Origin: Oopsacas minuta
Taxonomy: Eukaryota > Animalia > Porifera
Length of the DNA: 60,685 nt
Reading direction: 5' to 3'
Assembly: GCA_024704765.1 (NCBI GenBank)
Contig: JAKMXF010000304.1
Span: 1 to 60,685, forward strand
How positions within the stretch are numbered: position 1 is the stretch's first letter; the number at the start of each line of letters is the position of its first letter. The notes under the pieces were generated by a model. It made no database searches. It was not told where the DNA came from and saw only the letters and a program-made list of their open reading frames with translations. The position numbers were made by a program, and so were the translations under genes. Positions 48,564-60,685 of this stretch are shown here, in pieces.

Positions 48564-49095
48564 CTAGTGCGCTTCGCTTGCTAGGGCGCTGCTCTATAGC
48601 TTTGTCTTATGAAACAGCATAATTTCTTGAATCTTTTTCGAATATATTACCCATGGTTCATCTAATTACATTTGTCCATTATCCACCAAAATACATTTAT
48701 TGGCAATCTGTCGTGACCTGGAGCTACTACTTGGCTTGGCTTGGTAGTCTCAGCACTTCAGGGCTCTAGTATTAGGAAATTCATAAAATTTTGAAATTTC
48801 TAAAATATTTATTTTTTGTACAGTAATGATGACGTTATAGTTCCATGATAGATTTCCATTTGGTCAAAGTCATGACGTCATGTTATTTTGCTATATAGGG
48901 GTATCTGTGATTATTTTTCGCAGCTTTTTTATCTTTCAAATTGATTGATCATTGGTTGATTCTGTCTTGCCATATTTCCATCATATGTGTGAATTTGTTC
49001 CAAGACTCGAACTTGTCCGATTCGAACACAAAATACCCCTGTATCTAAAAGCCTCTATGCCATAATCAACCATGGTGTTTTTCACTTTCTTCAAT
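48564..49095 (-). mobile_element. Family A Helitron-like repeat with an intact 3' end
   Basis: The minus strand ends GCGCCCTAGCAAGCGAAGCGCACTAG-T, and the internal blocks match family A. Confidence 0.65.
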
Positions 49096-50782
49096 CAATT
49101 GAAAGTGAAATGGTTTACCTGTGCAGTTGTTGGTTTCTTGGTAAGAATCCTTAGTCTGTGCTTATCCTATTCACTTGAGAATTTCTGACTAAATATTCGC
49201 AAACATTAGGCTTCAATTTCCCAAAAATGTGTTAAGTGGCTCAGTGTCAGAGGCGACATTCGAGATAGCGAAAGTCTTTTCTATATTTCCAGGATAGTAG
49301 AATGAGAGGAAAAGAAAATTCGTTCAAGTTATCTGATATTCGAGTTACCGGTTTTTGACTGTTTACATGTAATGTTCCATATACAAATGCTATTTTTCAT
49401 TCTTGTCTTAAGAGATTATACTCTCCATTTCCTAGAATGTTTCCTACAGTTAGAGTGCGGAGATAACAACGATAATTCTCTGGACAGCACAATGTTGGTA
49501 TCTTTGGATTGTAAACGGGATTATCCAAAATTGGATAAGTGTGGAGTTGGCAGCGAACAAATCAAGTACACTTTAACAAGTCATAATTATGCAACAAGTA
49601 CATGTGGAGAGATGCCATTTGGACCATATCGATACTAACCTGGGAGGTTTCTCTCATTTTATTTCACTCATTCTAACACCTCAGTGATGAACCGTGACGT
49701 TTCAATAACTGGGAACATTTTTATTTAGTACATCCGGTGCAGAATTCACTTATCATTTCCTAATCCACAATACTCTAAGCCAGTTAATACGTAAGATCTA
49801 AAGAGACAATTGCCATCCGGAGATAGTCGCTTTAATCCAGCTACAGACCCTTTGTAACATGGCACAGCTAAAATCAACTTCAAACTATTGTAAGGATGGT
49901 AGCATTATATAATCCTTTTTTTACTTGTTAGAGCCATTTGTTTGGGAAATTCCTTGCCTTTAACTTGATGATTGTCTACGTTAATCAAGAATGGATACTT
50001 ATTATGTAAATTTGTACTAAATGATGCTATCCGCTTCCTAGATTCCCTATCTGAAGAAATCAAAATTTCAGATGAAACATTGTCAATCGCAAAAGGATTC
50101 ACAGAGTTACTTAACCAGGTAGTTGAAAATTGTGAATCCAAAGGCTGAGTGACAATAATTGCACACCCCTTTAACTCTTCAAGCATTTAATTCCTTATAG
50201 ATTCATAGGAAAATGATTCTATTTCAAGATAATCCGAGTCTAGGTGTGAACTAGAAATGGAGAATATTTATCAATTCGAATGTCAAACGACTTTCCGCAA
50301 AACCAGTTAAGATTGAATTATACTTGTAATTATCTGTTAAATTCTCAACATATGCATGTTTTGTACCATGCTAAACTAAGTCTATCTAAGTTGGAGTGTC
50401 AAGTCATACTCATACCTGATTACATGTATTGCTATATTTGAATATTGTAACAGACTACAATTTTGATTGGATGACCGCACACCCCAAACACCATTATTTT
50501 CTCTGAAATTACCCTAATAATGCTAAAGAATAATTTCCTGAACAAATTCTGCTCATTTCCAAATTTACGAAAATATGCTAGATGTTTGGTCACCCTATAG
50601 ACGTTCCGCTTATGCATTTTAGTTTTTCGACTAGCATTAGTTATTCACATATGATAAAGTGTATGTACTTTCTTCTTACTTTGTTCCTGGCATTTAATAC
50701 CAGACATAGTAGATATAACAAATGTAATCTCAGAGGTGCAGAAAGGATCATATTTATTTGTTAGAATTGAGAGGCAAGAATA

Positions 50783-52091
50783 CAGGGTGCAGCAAAAGTT
50801 CTGTCCTAAACCTAATTTGAAATATCTCACAAACCCATTAACAGATCTGGCTAATTCTTTGCTGGATCATTTATTACTTATGTTGAATTTAAAATAAGAT
50901 ATTATTGTTCAATATAGCCACCTTTCTTACTTACCACAGCTTGGAGTCTAGTCCTAAATTGGTATACTGCGCGCCGGAAGTGATCCTGAGGTATTTTCAG
51001 CCATTCTCGCTGCAAGCAAGCCTTGAGAGAGCTAATATTTGCGTGAGAACTTGCGCATACCTTCTGCTCCAAGATGGACCAAACAGAATAGTCCATAGGA
51101 TTCAAGTCCGGACTGGAGGGTGGCCATTGCTCTTTAGAAATGAAGTCTATTTTTTGATCTCGGAACCACTGTTGGGTAGCGTTAGCTGTATGAGCTGGAG
51201 CGCCATCCTGCTGGGAGGTCCAACTCGTATTTCCAAAGTTCTTACAACCGAAACCCTTCACTTCAGCATCCAGAATGAGTTCACGATAGGTTTTTGAATT
51301 GATTTTCACACCAGACGGAACAAAAATAAGATTAGTCCGGGAGTTTGCGGAGATTCCCCCCCATACCATGACCGAAGCTGGCTTTTGCCTTCTCGGTATG
51401 AATCGAAGTTGTTCTGGGATGTCTTGGACGCTGCTTGAGATGATACGATCATTCTGAGGGTTGGAAACCTCTTGAATCGTGAACAATTTCTCATCGGAGA
51501 ACAATATTTTGTTCACGACTGATTGGCCGGCACGCGATAACAGACATCGACTTCTTTGCAGCCGCTTTTCTCTAATGGCCTTTGTAAGCATGTGAACTTT
51601 CCTGCGTTTGAGAGACTTTAACCCTTGGTCATCGTGCACTACGTGTCCAATAGCTCTAGAGCTTATTTCAAAGTCACGAGACATTTTCCGCATGGAACAC
51701 CGGGATTTCGGACGATTCTTTTCTTTATCTTCGCCTTTAGTTCTCGTGTCCTTACATTACGCGGACGGCCACTCCGAGTTCTGTCTTTCAAGCTTCCAGT
51801 CTCCTTGTATCTCTGGATAGTACGATATATCAACTTTCTACCCACGTTCTTGCTCTGAAGAATTTTCAAAATCTCGCCTGGGGACTTCTCTGCACGAAAT
51901 AATTCTAAAATTTGTGACCTTTTGGCTTCCATGTCTCTAATTAGAAATATTTGTTAGTAATAGAGAGAATGCTTTAGTACTTCAGTAAACATACATCAAT
52001 ATAGATTATGGCCCCATAAGGTTTCATTATTCCACTATAGCTATGTATAATTGATTGTCAAACAATGGGACAGAACTTTTGCCGCACCCTG
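50783..52091 (-). mobile_element. maT (DD37D) element, 1309 bp; transposase 50902-51932 with one frameshift
   Basis: TIRs are CAGGGTGC.GCAAAAGTTCTGTCC with a TA TSD. Motifs are LFSDEKLF, VMVWGGIS and QQDGAPAH...SPDLNPMD (D37D). Confidence 0.94.
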
Positions 52092-52522
52092 TAGAACTTT
52101 GAATTTAATGGAATTTAGGTAGTAATTATCCAATTGAATTTACAAAAACAACAACAAATATAGATATAGAGAAACTTGATGAATGCGAAATTCGGATTCA
52201 GCGTACTTAGTTACCCCTGGGTAGCCGCTTAGACAAGCCTGTATGTATATTTTGAGACTTGGATATATTTTTTCTTTATGTTTATAAAACAATAAGATAT
52301 TTACATAAGATTAATCCAAAAGTGTGAAAATCGAGTTCACCTGATATTGATTTCTAGTTACTTCAAGGATAAACACGAGAATACATAGTCATGCGACAAT
52401 TTCAAAATTGCATACCGTAAATCATTTCTTGACAAGAGACAAACAACATTTGAGGTTTATTAATATTGATATACATGCATAAGTATTATCAATGAAGTTT
52501 AGAAATACCATATATATCCATA

Positions 52523-52990
52523 CTAGCCCGCTTTGCTTGTTAGGTTGATGTACGGCTGGCGGAAGTATCCTTGATCTTAGCTACATTTGTCCATGCTTTA
52601 GGGTCGTTACGCGACGAGATATACTCTGCACTACGTCCAATGATTTTTATTTTGGAGAATTTTTTTATTATCATTGGTTTATCCAACCTCCATTGAATGG
52701 TCTTCTGTGGTACTACTGGAGCTCTTAGGTGGTTTTTGTTTGGTAATCTCGGCAACCAGCACCAAGTGTATTATGAAATTCTAAAAAATACCGAATTTCG
52801 GGAAATTTGATTTTTGTACTGTCATGATTACGTAATAATCCCATGATGAGTTAGTATTAGGAAATGCATGACTTCCTGATATTTGGTTCATTGAATGGTA
52901 CTTGTGATTCACTTTCAAACTTTGGTAATTATTTTGGCTGATCAGTGTTAAATTTTCCGAAATTCTCAAACATGACAATGTCATCATAAT
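52523..52990 (-). repeat. Family A Helitron-like repeat, diverged
   Basis: The minus-strand 3' end reads CAACCTAACAAGCAAAGCGGGCTAG-T, and the block CTCAT.ATGGGATTATTACGTAATCATGAC is present. Confidence 0.55.
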
Positions 52991-53468
52991 TTTGTTTAAT
53001 TTTAATATTACTCAAAGTAGAGGTTTTATGGACCACATTAATCATTTTACTTTATAAAATTACGTAGACTATTGTGGAAGTGGTCATATTCCCCTGTATT
53101 TCACTTTTGCCTTTGGCTCTTTTTCGCCATTTTGACTCCTTTACCCGTTGAAATATATCTAATGTACTTGTAAGTATATTCCAGTAACACTACATTCAAT
53201 GTTCACGGCATAATTAATCAAATGGTTTAGTCTTTGATATATTGACAGTGTTGACTCCCAAACGGACACTCCGAAAAGTGGACAATCCCTCTACAATTGA
53301 CAAACCTCTTGAACGGAATGAATTTGCTCTCATACATGTATTACTTATGGGCCTCCGAGATGTGGACAACTCTCTAAAACGTACAGAAGCCATGTCATCA
53401 ACGTGTCTGTCCATTATTCAGAGACTCCACTGTTTAATATATTGATAGGTTAATTAATACATCATATT

Positions 53469-54136
53469 CAGGGTTTCATCCAGGCGCGTATTTTAAAAAG
53501 ATATTATAGTTAAGCGCGTGAAAGTTTTAACAGCTAGGCGCATGGACGCGCCTGAGTTAGGCGCATAACACGCGCCTAGGTTAGTATCGACAAATAATTT
53601 AATGGGTCACGTCGATGTATAAAATCCTATATATTGAGTTATATAACAGTTTATAAGATGAATTCAGTTGTTGAATTCATTGATATTTTAAAATAATTCG
53701 GAAAGGTATAATTAACGGGATGAAGCTTGATAATTCACGATATGTATGTCGAGTCCTAATACTACTAGATAGCAGAAACTGTGATTATTCATAATAGTCT
53801 TGGGTTCATGCGCCAAAGCTTGAATACTTGGTCAATGAATACATCGAAATAAGAATTCGGTAAAGTTCTTGCAAATTATAAGGCCAATTAATATCAGAGA
53901 TTTTCGGAAATTCAGGCCCTTGTTGGCTAATTCGAACAAGATCGGCTATATGATAAAGTGTCAAAGCATATCTAGAATCCGAACATATTCTACTATAATA
54001 TGAAAAACATCGTTCGACAGAACAGCTACCAAGAGAATTAAGTTTGGGACTCTCGAAAATTCAAATTATCTAGGCGCGTAAGTGAAATCGAGGAATCATT
54101 TAGGCGCGTTACATTTAAAAGCTGGATGAAACCTTG
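53469..54136. mobile_element. 668-bp hAT MITE
   Basis: TIRs are CAGGGTTTCATCCAG and CAAGGTTTCATCCAG (rc), with a TSD ATCATATT/ATCATACT and subterminal GGCGCG repeats. Confidence 0.85.
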
Positions 54137-54751
54137 ATCATACTATACTACATAGTCATATATTTGTGCCATTGGCATTTTGATTAAATTCCAAAAAATG
54201 GGGGTAATATTCCCAAAATTTGTAAACTTTCGAATCTGATAAGTCAATCCATTTGACACCTATCTTAGTGAGATTTTGAGATTTCAGTTAGATTGGAACT
54301 CGTACCTAGAATTAGCACTTTGGATACAATACACATCAAAATATCAAGTTGTAGTTCTTACCAGTTCCTAAATTAATTTCAGACAAATAATCATTAATGC
54401 ATTAATATATTGACAATTGTTGCATGGTTAAATGACGCATAAAACTTATTGTATACGATTAGTCTAAGGTGATACGCAGTTAGTGTATTTTGAAAAAAAG
54501 TGGTACAGTTTGTCCTGAAATTATGTCAGTACCTTAAACTCATAACCACAATGATTGAAATTTTTCTTGTAACTAATATTACGTATCATAAACATGTGGA
54601 TATTACGTAATTACCAGCACTTCATAAATTATTTTATAATGAAGTCTAAGTATATGAGCACAGGGGCTGTCCCAGGATTTTTGCATAACGAATCTACGTT
54701 CTAGTTTAGTATTTACTATAATTTTTGGGTCCAGGGATTCCCGAACAAGTA

Positions 54752-56116
54752 CCGGGTGGGGCCAAAAAAACAGAACCCTAAGTGATTTTCGGTCACTCTG
54801 CTTATGCCTTTTGTACTAATAAAATAATATATTAGGATATGGTAGATACCTCTCTTAGGAGCTGTAATGGCAAGCAGTGGAGCACAGAGAAGCGGATATA
54901 CTGTGTCAAGCTCTACTACAAGTTACATTCTTACAATGCTGTACAGACCAAATTTTCGCAAGATTTTAAGCAGCCAAAAGCACCCAGCAAATCCATTATC
55001 TTTGGATAGATCAAGAATTTGAACAGGAGGGCACTGTTAAGAACCTCAACTCTAAATTAGATAGTCGTTTGAGCTACTCAGGGAGGAAAAGATCTGTACG
55101 GATTAAGTTATCGAAGCCGTTCGTCAGTCGTTCTTCACTCCCCAAAGAGGTCGACAAGAAAGAGGTGTCAATTGGTTGGCTTATCACGCACTACACTTCG
55201 CAGGGTTCTTCATGATGACTTAAGACTATATGCATATTCGTATACAGATACACCAGAAACTCGCAAATTCCAACAAGGTCAGGAGATTTGAGATGGCTAA
55301 GTGGTTACTTGCTAAGATTGAGACATCAAAGATCTTCTTGGATCATCTCTGGACAACTGACGAAGCTCATTTTCATCTTGATGGGCAGGTGAATTCTAGA
55401 AACAACGTCTACTGGGTTTAGAACGACCAGCAGAAGTGACAGAAAACCTCTACATTCTCAGAAGGTCACAGTTTGGGCTGCATTCTCAATGAAGGGGGTA
55501 GTTGGCCCGCTGTTCTTCGAGGAGCAAGAAAATACTGTGACATTTACACCGACCGTTACCTTAAGATTCTGGAAGTCTTCTGAAAGGAGCTTGAAGAGAA
55601 CTATAGAGGATACCTGCCCAAATTCTGGTTCCAACAGGATGGAGCAACCCACCATACTTCCAACAAAAGCCTGAATTGGATCAAGAACCACTTCGGAAGC
55701 CGAGTGATCAGTCGCAAGTGTGACCATGAGTGGGCACCCTACTCTCCGGATCTCAGTCCTCCAGACTATTACCTCTGGGGGTTCCTGAAGGACAGGGTAT
55801 ATGCTACAAAGCCAAGGACACTCGGAGAACTCAAGAAAAAGATCCAGGAGGAGATGAGAAGCATCTCAAGGACAAGTTGCAAATCAGTGATGCAGAACTT
55901 TGTTTTACGACTGGGAAAATGAGCAAATCTAAATGGATGGCCATCTCGAACATGTTCTATAGATCAAGAACCACTTGAGCTAGGATATAGTATAAACTTG
56001 CATTTTTGATTTAAAAGCTTGAAAGTAGATAATATTTAAGTTTTAATTCTCTACCCTTGAAGAAAGTAGAAAAATAACAAATTTATTACCGGTTCTGTTT
56101 TTTTTGGCCCACCCGG
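54752..56116 (+). mobile_element. rosa/Visitor (DD41D) Tc1/mariner element, 1365 bp, decayed transposase about 54867-55978
   Basis: TIRs are CCGGGTGG(G)GCCAAAAAAACAGAACC with a TA TSD. Motifs are WTTDEAHFHL and FQQDGATHH...WAPYSPDLSPPDYYLWG, with a spacing of 41. Confidence 0.92.
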
Positions 56117-56562
56117 TACTTTCCTATTATTCTATTGTTGGATGACATTCATGAACATGTTTTTGTTTATTCACAGCGAACAAAATATTTTAGAATTCAG
56201 ATCATATAAGACCAAAGTGTCAGGGAATAGATTAGTACATGATGACAGAAATTATTTTCTAGTCAAACCAACGTAGCTTGTGAAAAACATTTTCAGAAGT
56301 TCAGGAATTTTCACAAAGCCTAGGAGAAAGTTTGGGCCCCATACAGGGACGATGTGACAAAGGTTGGATGGTATACCGGCACTGCGGCTCCCAAATAGTT
56401 TACATAGCGCCTAGGCCACGTTAATGGACCCTAGCTATGCTCACTACTCCTACCATATTCCTAGAAATTATATACTCAGATTGCATAAGTCTATCAAATG
56501 ATCCCTAATGAATGCAGTGGCGACATTCTTCAGGATCGCGACCTGAGGTTGGGAACCACTGA

Positions 56563-57165
56563 TCTATACTAATAAATCCAATTTATCTGTATGTATGTAT
56601 GTATGTATGTATGTATGTATGTTCAAAACTTATTTAAGAAACTGCAAGTCCCCCAGGGCTTACTTTTTAGCATACAAAGGTATTTTGGGCCTCTCAGACA
56701 TGTTTGAGTCTTGGACCAAAATGCAGACATGACGTCGTTACCTTTTTGGATTTTCAAGAATCACAGTATTTACCACTGCTCAGCCAATATACATGATTGT
56801 ATTTGAAATTTGAATCACAGGTACCCCTCAATGTGACAAATGTCCTGACGTCATCATGACGCTACAAGAAATTTTGATTTTCCAAATTTCGGAATTCCTT
56901 TATGCCAGAGGCACGAGTGCCCATATTAAAAGCAAAAAGCCACGTGAGAGCTGCTGTAATACCCAGTAGGCCATTATTTTAAAATTTGGATGGAACATGG
57001 ATAACATATTTTCATATTGCACAAAAAATGAACCCCGAGTCATGTAGTGCTAAGTATAGCCCGTCGCGAGCGACCGCAAGCATCAAGGAATGTAGCTGTT
57101 TAATGTTTAATCTAATCTGAGGCTCTAAGCTGTCACCTGCAACCTAGCTAGCGAATCGCACTAAT
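56563..57165 (+). mobile_element. Family A Helitron-like repeat, near full length, with a (TATG)n microsatellite
   Basis: It starts A|TCTATACTAATAAA, followed by about 9 TATG units and the family A blocks. The 3' end is GCAACCTAGCTAGCGAATCGCACTAA-T. Confidence 0.65.
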
Positions 57166-57189
57166 GTATATAAATTTATGATCATATTT

Positions 57190-57620
57190 TGGAGTTGATT
57201 GAAGAAACTGGAAGAAGTAAAGCGTTGATTTTTGGCATGCTGCAGTATTTTGGGTCTGGCTTGGACCATGTCGAGTCTCGGAAGAAAATTCACGCCTATG
57301 ACTAAATTATGACATTGTTGTCGTTTTGTGGAAATTGAAAATTACGCCAATAGTCAGTGCTTGACCAATATATATGATTAAGTTTTGATTTTCTATCATA
57401 GATTCTCCTGAATTTCTCGGATGCTCTGAAGTCATGATTTTAACCAGATGTCAACTCATCTGTGAATTTCACGTCATAATGACGTTACGATAATCACAAT
57501 TTTTGATATTTTTGATAATTTGATAATTCTCGAGACACAAAGTGTCAGATTCCTCTCCAAATGCCACGTAGCAGCCTCTGTTTGTATCACAGAAGGCCAT
57601 TAATTGGAATTTGATTGACC
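57190..57620 (+). repeat. Family A Helitron-like repeat, tandem diverged copy
   Basis: It has the same blocks and follows the previous copy directly. Confidence 0.55.
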
Positions 57621-58767
57621 ATGCATATTACAACTTTCGTTTCCCCTTTGTCAGCCTTGGCTTTCGTCACGGTTCAGTTAGTGGTGTTTATAACTGCTCA
57701 TGCGATGGAAATATCTAAATCTTGCTTGGTTTGCTTGAAATAGTAGAATAATACACATAAGTATTATAACCTTTTACCTCAAATCTTGGTCATTTGGGGA
57801 GGATTCAATTTATCTATATTCTTGTCAGGTACCGAAAAGTGTCAGTAGCAACCATGAAGTTGACAATGTAGTTACCATAGAACTTCTAGTGGATAGAATC
57901 AATATGTTGAGGTCCAAAATCTGCCATCCTTATAGATTCTCTAAAATACTAAGTGCCAACCATGAAATGCATTCAAAAACTCTGTTTCAAGTGTATATTT
58001 CAAAAACCAGTTCTAATTATTTGAAATTCTAAATATATTTTATTGATTCAGAAAATAGCTCGTCAATTTGCATATTTATTGGATGTATTACTTGATAAAC
58101 ATCGTTCATGTTGATAATGTACTCATCATATATTTTTTCGATTGATAATGACCTCATTAATTATTAAATTGTCTCTAGCACAAATGACAATTTTAAGCAG
58201 ACTAATTCTGATGACATTTCTGAGTTTTATATTGTCCTAATTCATGCTGGCGTACCACTCATAACCGTTTGCGTACTCATGTTCGGAACCTCTGCTCTTA
58301 AACTTCATATATGCATTTCCTGAATCTTAGAACTCTTCAGAATTTTCTACATCTTGTTCTTATGTATGGCGTCTTTTGAAAGCAGTCTGCTTATCCACAG
58401 TAATTGTACTTTTCAGTGTATGTGCATGATTGCTTTCATGGCTTTTTGCGCACATTCCCCAATTATGTCCAAACCTGGCTATTTTCTCCAAATGTGTCCA
58501 TAAATTCACAATAATTTTTGTTAGCTATTTTGACTTATGATTAGATGATATTATTATTATTTTTAGGTTCTAACCAACCTAAAATGTTTTGTATTCTGAT
58601 ATTTTCATTTTTAATTCTCACGTTCGATATTATCATCATTTCTACACTCAGTTCCTGTGTCTATTCAAAATTCTTTTAAATTTCTCTATTTTTTCTTCCT
58701 CATCTTTCTTTCAGTTTCTTACTAGACTATTCCGTAATTTTTACTCTTGATTTTGATATTTTTCTAG

Positions 58768-59123
58768 TTTCTAATTTTCTTCGTGATATTTGCTTGAAAT
58801 GTGGTGTTAATATTGATGAATCTGAAATTGTGGCTACTGATCATTTTAATCGTCTACTTGTCCATGATCCACTGAACTCAATGATGTTAGTTCCTAGTTA
58901 TAACTTGATCTCACCCCAGAATTTTCTTAGTTTCTCACACAGTGGGTATTCAGAAAGTTTTCTTTTGTATCATGGCGTTGGCCTAAGATTGAATGAAACT
59001 AATCCTTTGTTGATTAAAGTTCTCTCTGGATTTACTTCTACATATACATCTATGCCACTTGAGCCTATAGCTTATTTCCCTAACTCAATTGGTTCAGAAA
59101 CAATTTTAATCAGCGCACTTCAG
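58768..59123 (+). CDS. DDOST: OST48 exon 2
   Basis: The exon reads CGVNIDE...DHFN...LLYHGVGLRL...NPLLIKVLSG..STY...ETILISALQ, and a GT donor follows at 59124. The ARNNAR exon lies beyond the window. Confidence 0.88.
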
Positions 59124-59369
59124 GTAATGCAAACATAAATGATATAATCCCATGTTTTTTTCATCACATTATAGATCTATATTGTAAATAACTTTTACAT
59201 TACCAAATACTACAGATGAGATTTCAAAATTCGTATTCAATGACTTAATTATATTTTACAGAATATTTTATTTTATGAAATGTTGGCAAATCTTTGAGGT
59301 ACCATGGATGGCATATCTAATAAATATTCAGTAAAACTCAAAAGGTTTAATGTTTTCGCCGAATCCAGA

Positions 59370-59620
59370 TTATTTGCCACTGCTCAGCTAATATTTTCGA
59401 TATTTTGTTTTACATTTGAACCACAGGCACTCCCTAATGTCTTGAAGTCAATTTTGGCCAAATAATACTCCACATAGAATTATCACGTTACTATGACTGT
59501 ATATAGTATCAAAAATCTATTATTTCGAAAATTTTAGAATTTTTAACACTTCAGCCACTAAAATCCAAGATTGCCATCCAAATGCGATGTAGTGCGTCAC
59601 TGTAACTACAGAATGACATT
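59370..59620 (+). repeat. Family A Helitron-like repeat, partial copy
   Basis: Blocks CCACTGCTCAGC.AATAT and CACAGGCAC.CCCT.AATG are present. Confidence 0.5.
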
Positions 59621-60353
59621 AAATATGGTTGAGTCGCGACCAATAACAGTGATAAATTTTTCTACTTTAGTTTACATGAGGCACTTAGCTGTAGTATAGC
59701 GACTTTAACCGATGCGTGCTAATAATCATTTATATACAAAGGCGTTTCTACCCAAAACCTTTTATTTCTAACAATCATGAAGTATCCTGATATATTGCTT
59801 CTTGCTATTTTCACCTATCTACGCCCTCACAAGTTGTTGGGCCGTTGTTGATTTTTGCCACAAAATGTTGGTCGAAAGTCATTTTTTGCCATTATCTATT
59901 CAAGTACAAATTCCAACGGTTGTCAATTTACATTTTGGCTCGGAATTCAAAAAATCAAGAATATATTATGCTCATCTCTCAAATTGTCGTGATAATCCTT
60001 AATTGGTTCTACATTTTATATTCATTCGTGAATATATTTATGTAATTATCTTATGGTTTTAAATCTGCAGAATTGTACTTAATTTCGATAGACTAGAATA
60101 TTTCTTCGTTTCTTCCTGTTCTTTTGGATAGTCTCTCAATGAGACTTGTCAATCTGCTCAATCAACAAAATTAATCGGTGTATGTTCCTAATGAATTGAA
60201 ACACTAACCTGAGGGATTATACATGGAATTCCTAAGAACATTAGAAAAGATGTTGTCACTTTCCTAACTCCTATGAACTAGAAACGATTTCACATTTAAC
60301 CTTTGCTTGAATTGCCAAGATTGAAGAATTTAGTGTTTAATTATCTCCTAGAC

Positions 60354-60685
60354 CAGTGTTTCTCAAACTTTTTTCGGACAGCGCCCCTTGTCAACAATAT
60401 TCCCTCGATACCGCCCCCCTCCAGAAAGTCTAAATCTTTTTACTACACTCGTATTTGTTAATGATAATAAGTAATATTTATCAATTAATGAGAAGGGTGT
60501 ACTTGAGCTTGATGTTCGTCGATAATCCCATTTATATCTGGTTTCATATCAGTGAGCAGCAATCTCAAATCTCCGCATTGAGAAATATCGAGTCTGTTTC
60601 TTTGCTTCGTTAGTAATTGAACGACTGCACTAAAACCTCTCTCAACGAGATATGATGTCGGAAACGCCAGAACTAGCAGTTTTGC
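60354..60685 (-). mobile_element. hAT (Charlie/SCAND3-like) element 3' end, running off the window; transposase C-terminus 60485-60685
   Basis: The terminus CAGTGTTTCTCAAAC starts at 60354. The minus strand reads LAFPTSYLVERGFSAV..LLTKQRNRLDI...GDLRL.LT..KPDI......QVHPSH followed by a stop. Confidence 0.85.

Larger units (their letters stand above)
47625..58767 (+). other. DDOST intron 1, 11143 bp, filled with transposons
   Basis: The intron has GT...TTTCTAG ends, and the phase-1 join gives INSKV-SNFLRDICLKCGVNIDE, colinear with OST48. Confidence 0.85.

Noticed and set aside
58938-58944. CACAGTG heptamer
   Set aside because: It is inside OST48 exon 2 with no other TIR features.

Overview
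AT-rich animal genomic DNA (spliceosomal introns, eukaryotic transposons; the species cannot be determined from the sequence). There are three host genes: an alanine aminotransferase (exon 1 only, - strand), an intronless PLGRKT-like gene, and OST48/DDOST (exons 1-2 split by an 11.1 kb intron). Around them are nested DNA transposons: hAT, mariner, maT (DD37D), rosa (DD41D), Chapaev, Chapaev3, Ginger2, Merlin, Helitron-like and MITE families, plus one decayed L2/CR1 LINE. The standout is a complete 3112-bp RAG1-like/Transib transposon at 26455-29566. Both ends start with the exact RSS heptamer CACAGTG, it has a perfect 5-bp target-site duplication (CTAAT), and it carries the only uninterrupted full-length transposase ORF in the window (710 aa, with DDE triad, Zn ligands and a RAG1 nonamer-binding-domain-like segment). 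It has no RAG2-like gene. Its ends are bipartite and asymmetric: heptamer-9 bp-GGGGAAATAGG at the 5' end and heptamer-18 bp-GGGGAAATAGG at the 3' end, reminiscent of the 12/23 rule. A second, diverged and decayed RAG1-like copy (about 1975-2850) appears to keep a 3' end with the same 18-bp spacing (10235-10267). The intact element sits inside a Ginger2 element, which itself sits in one ~550-bp arm of a long-TIR Chapaev element; the other arm holds a Merlin element carrying a maT. All protein family calls come from motif recognition by eye, not database searches.
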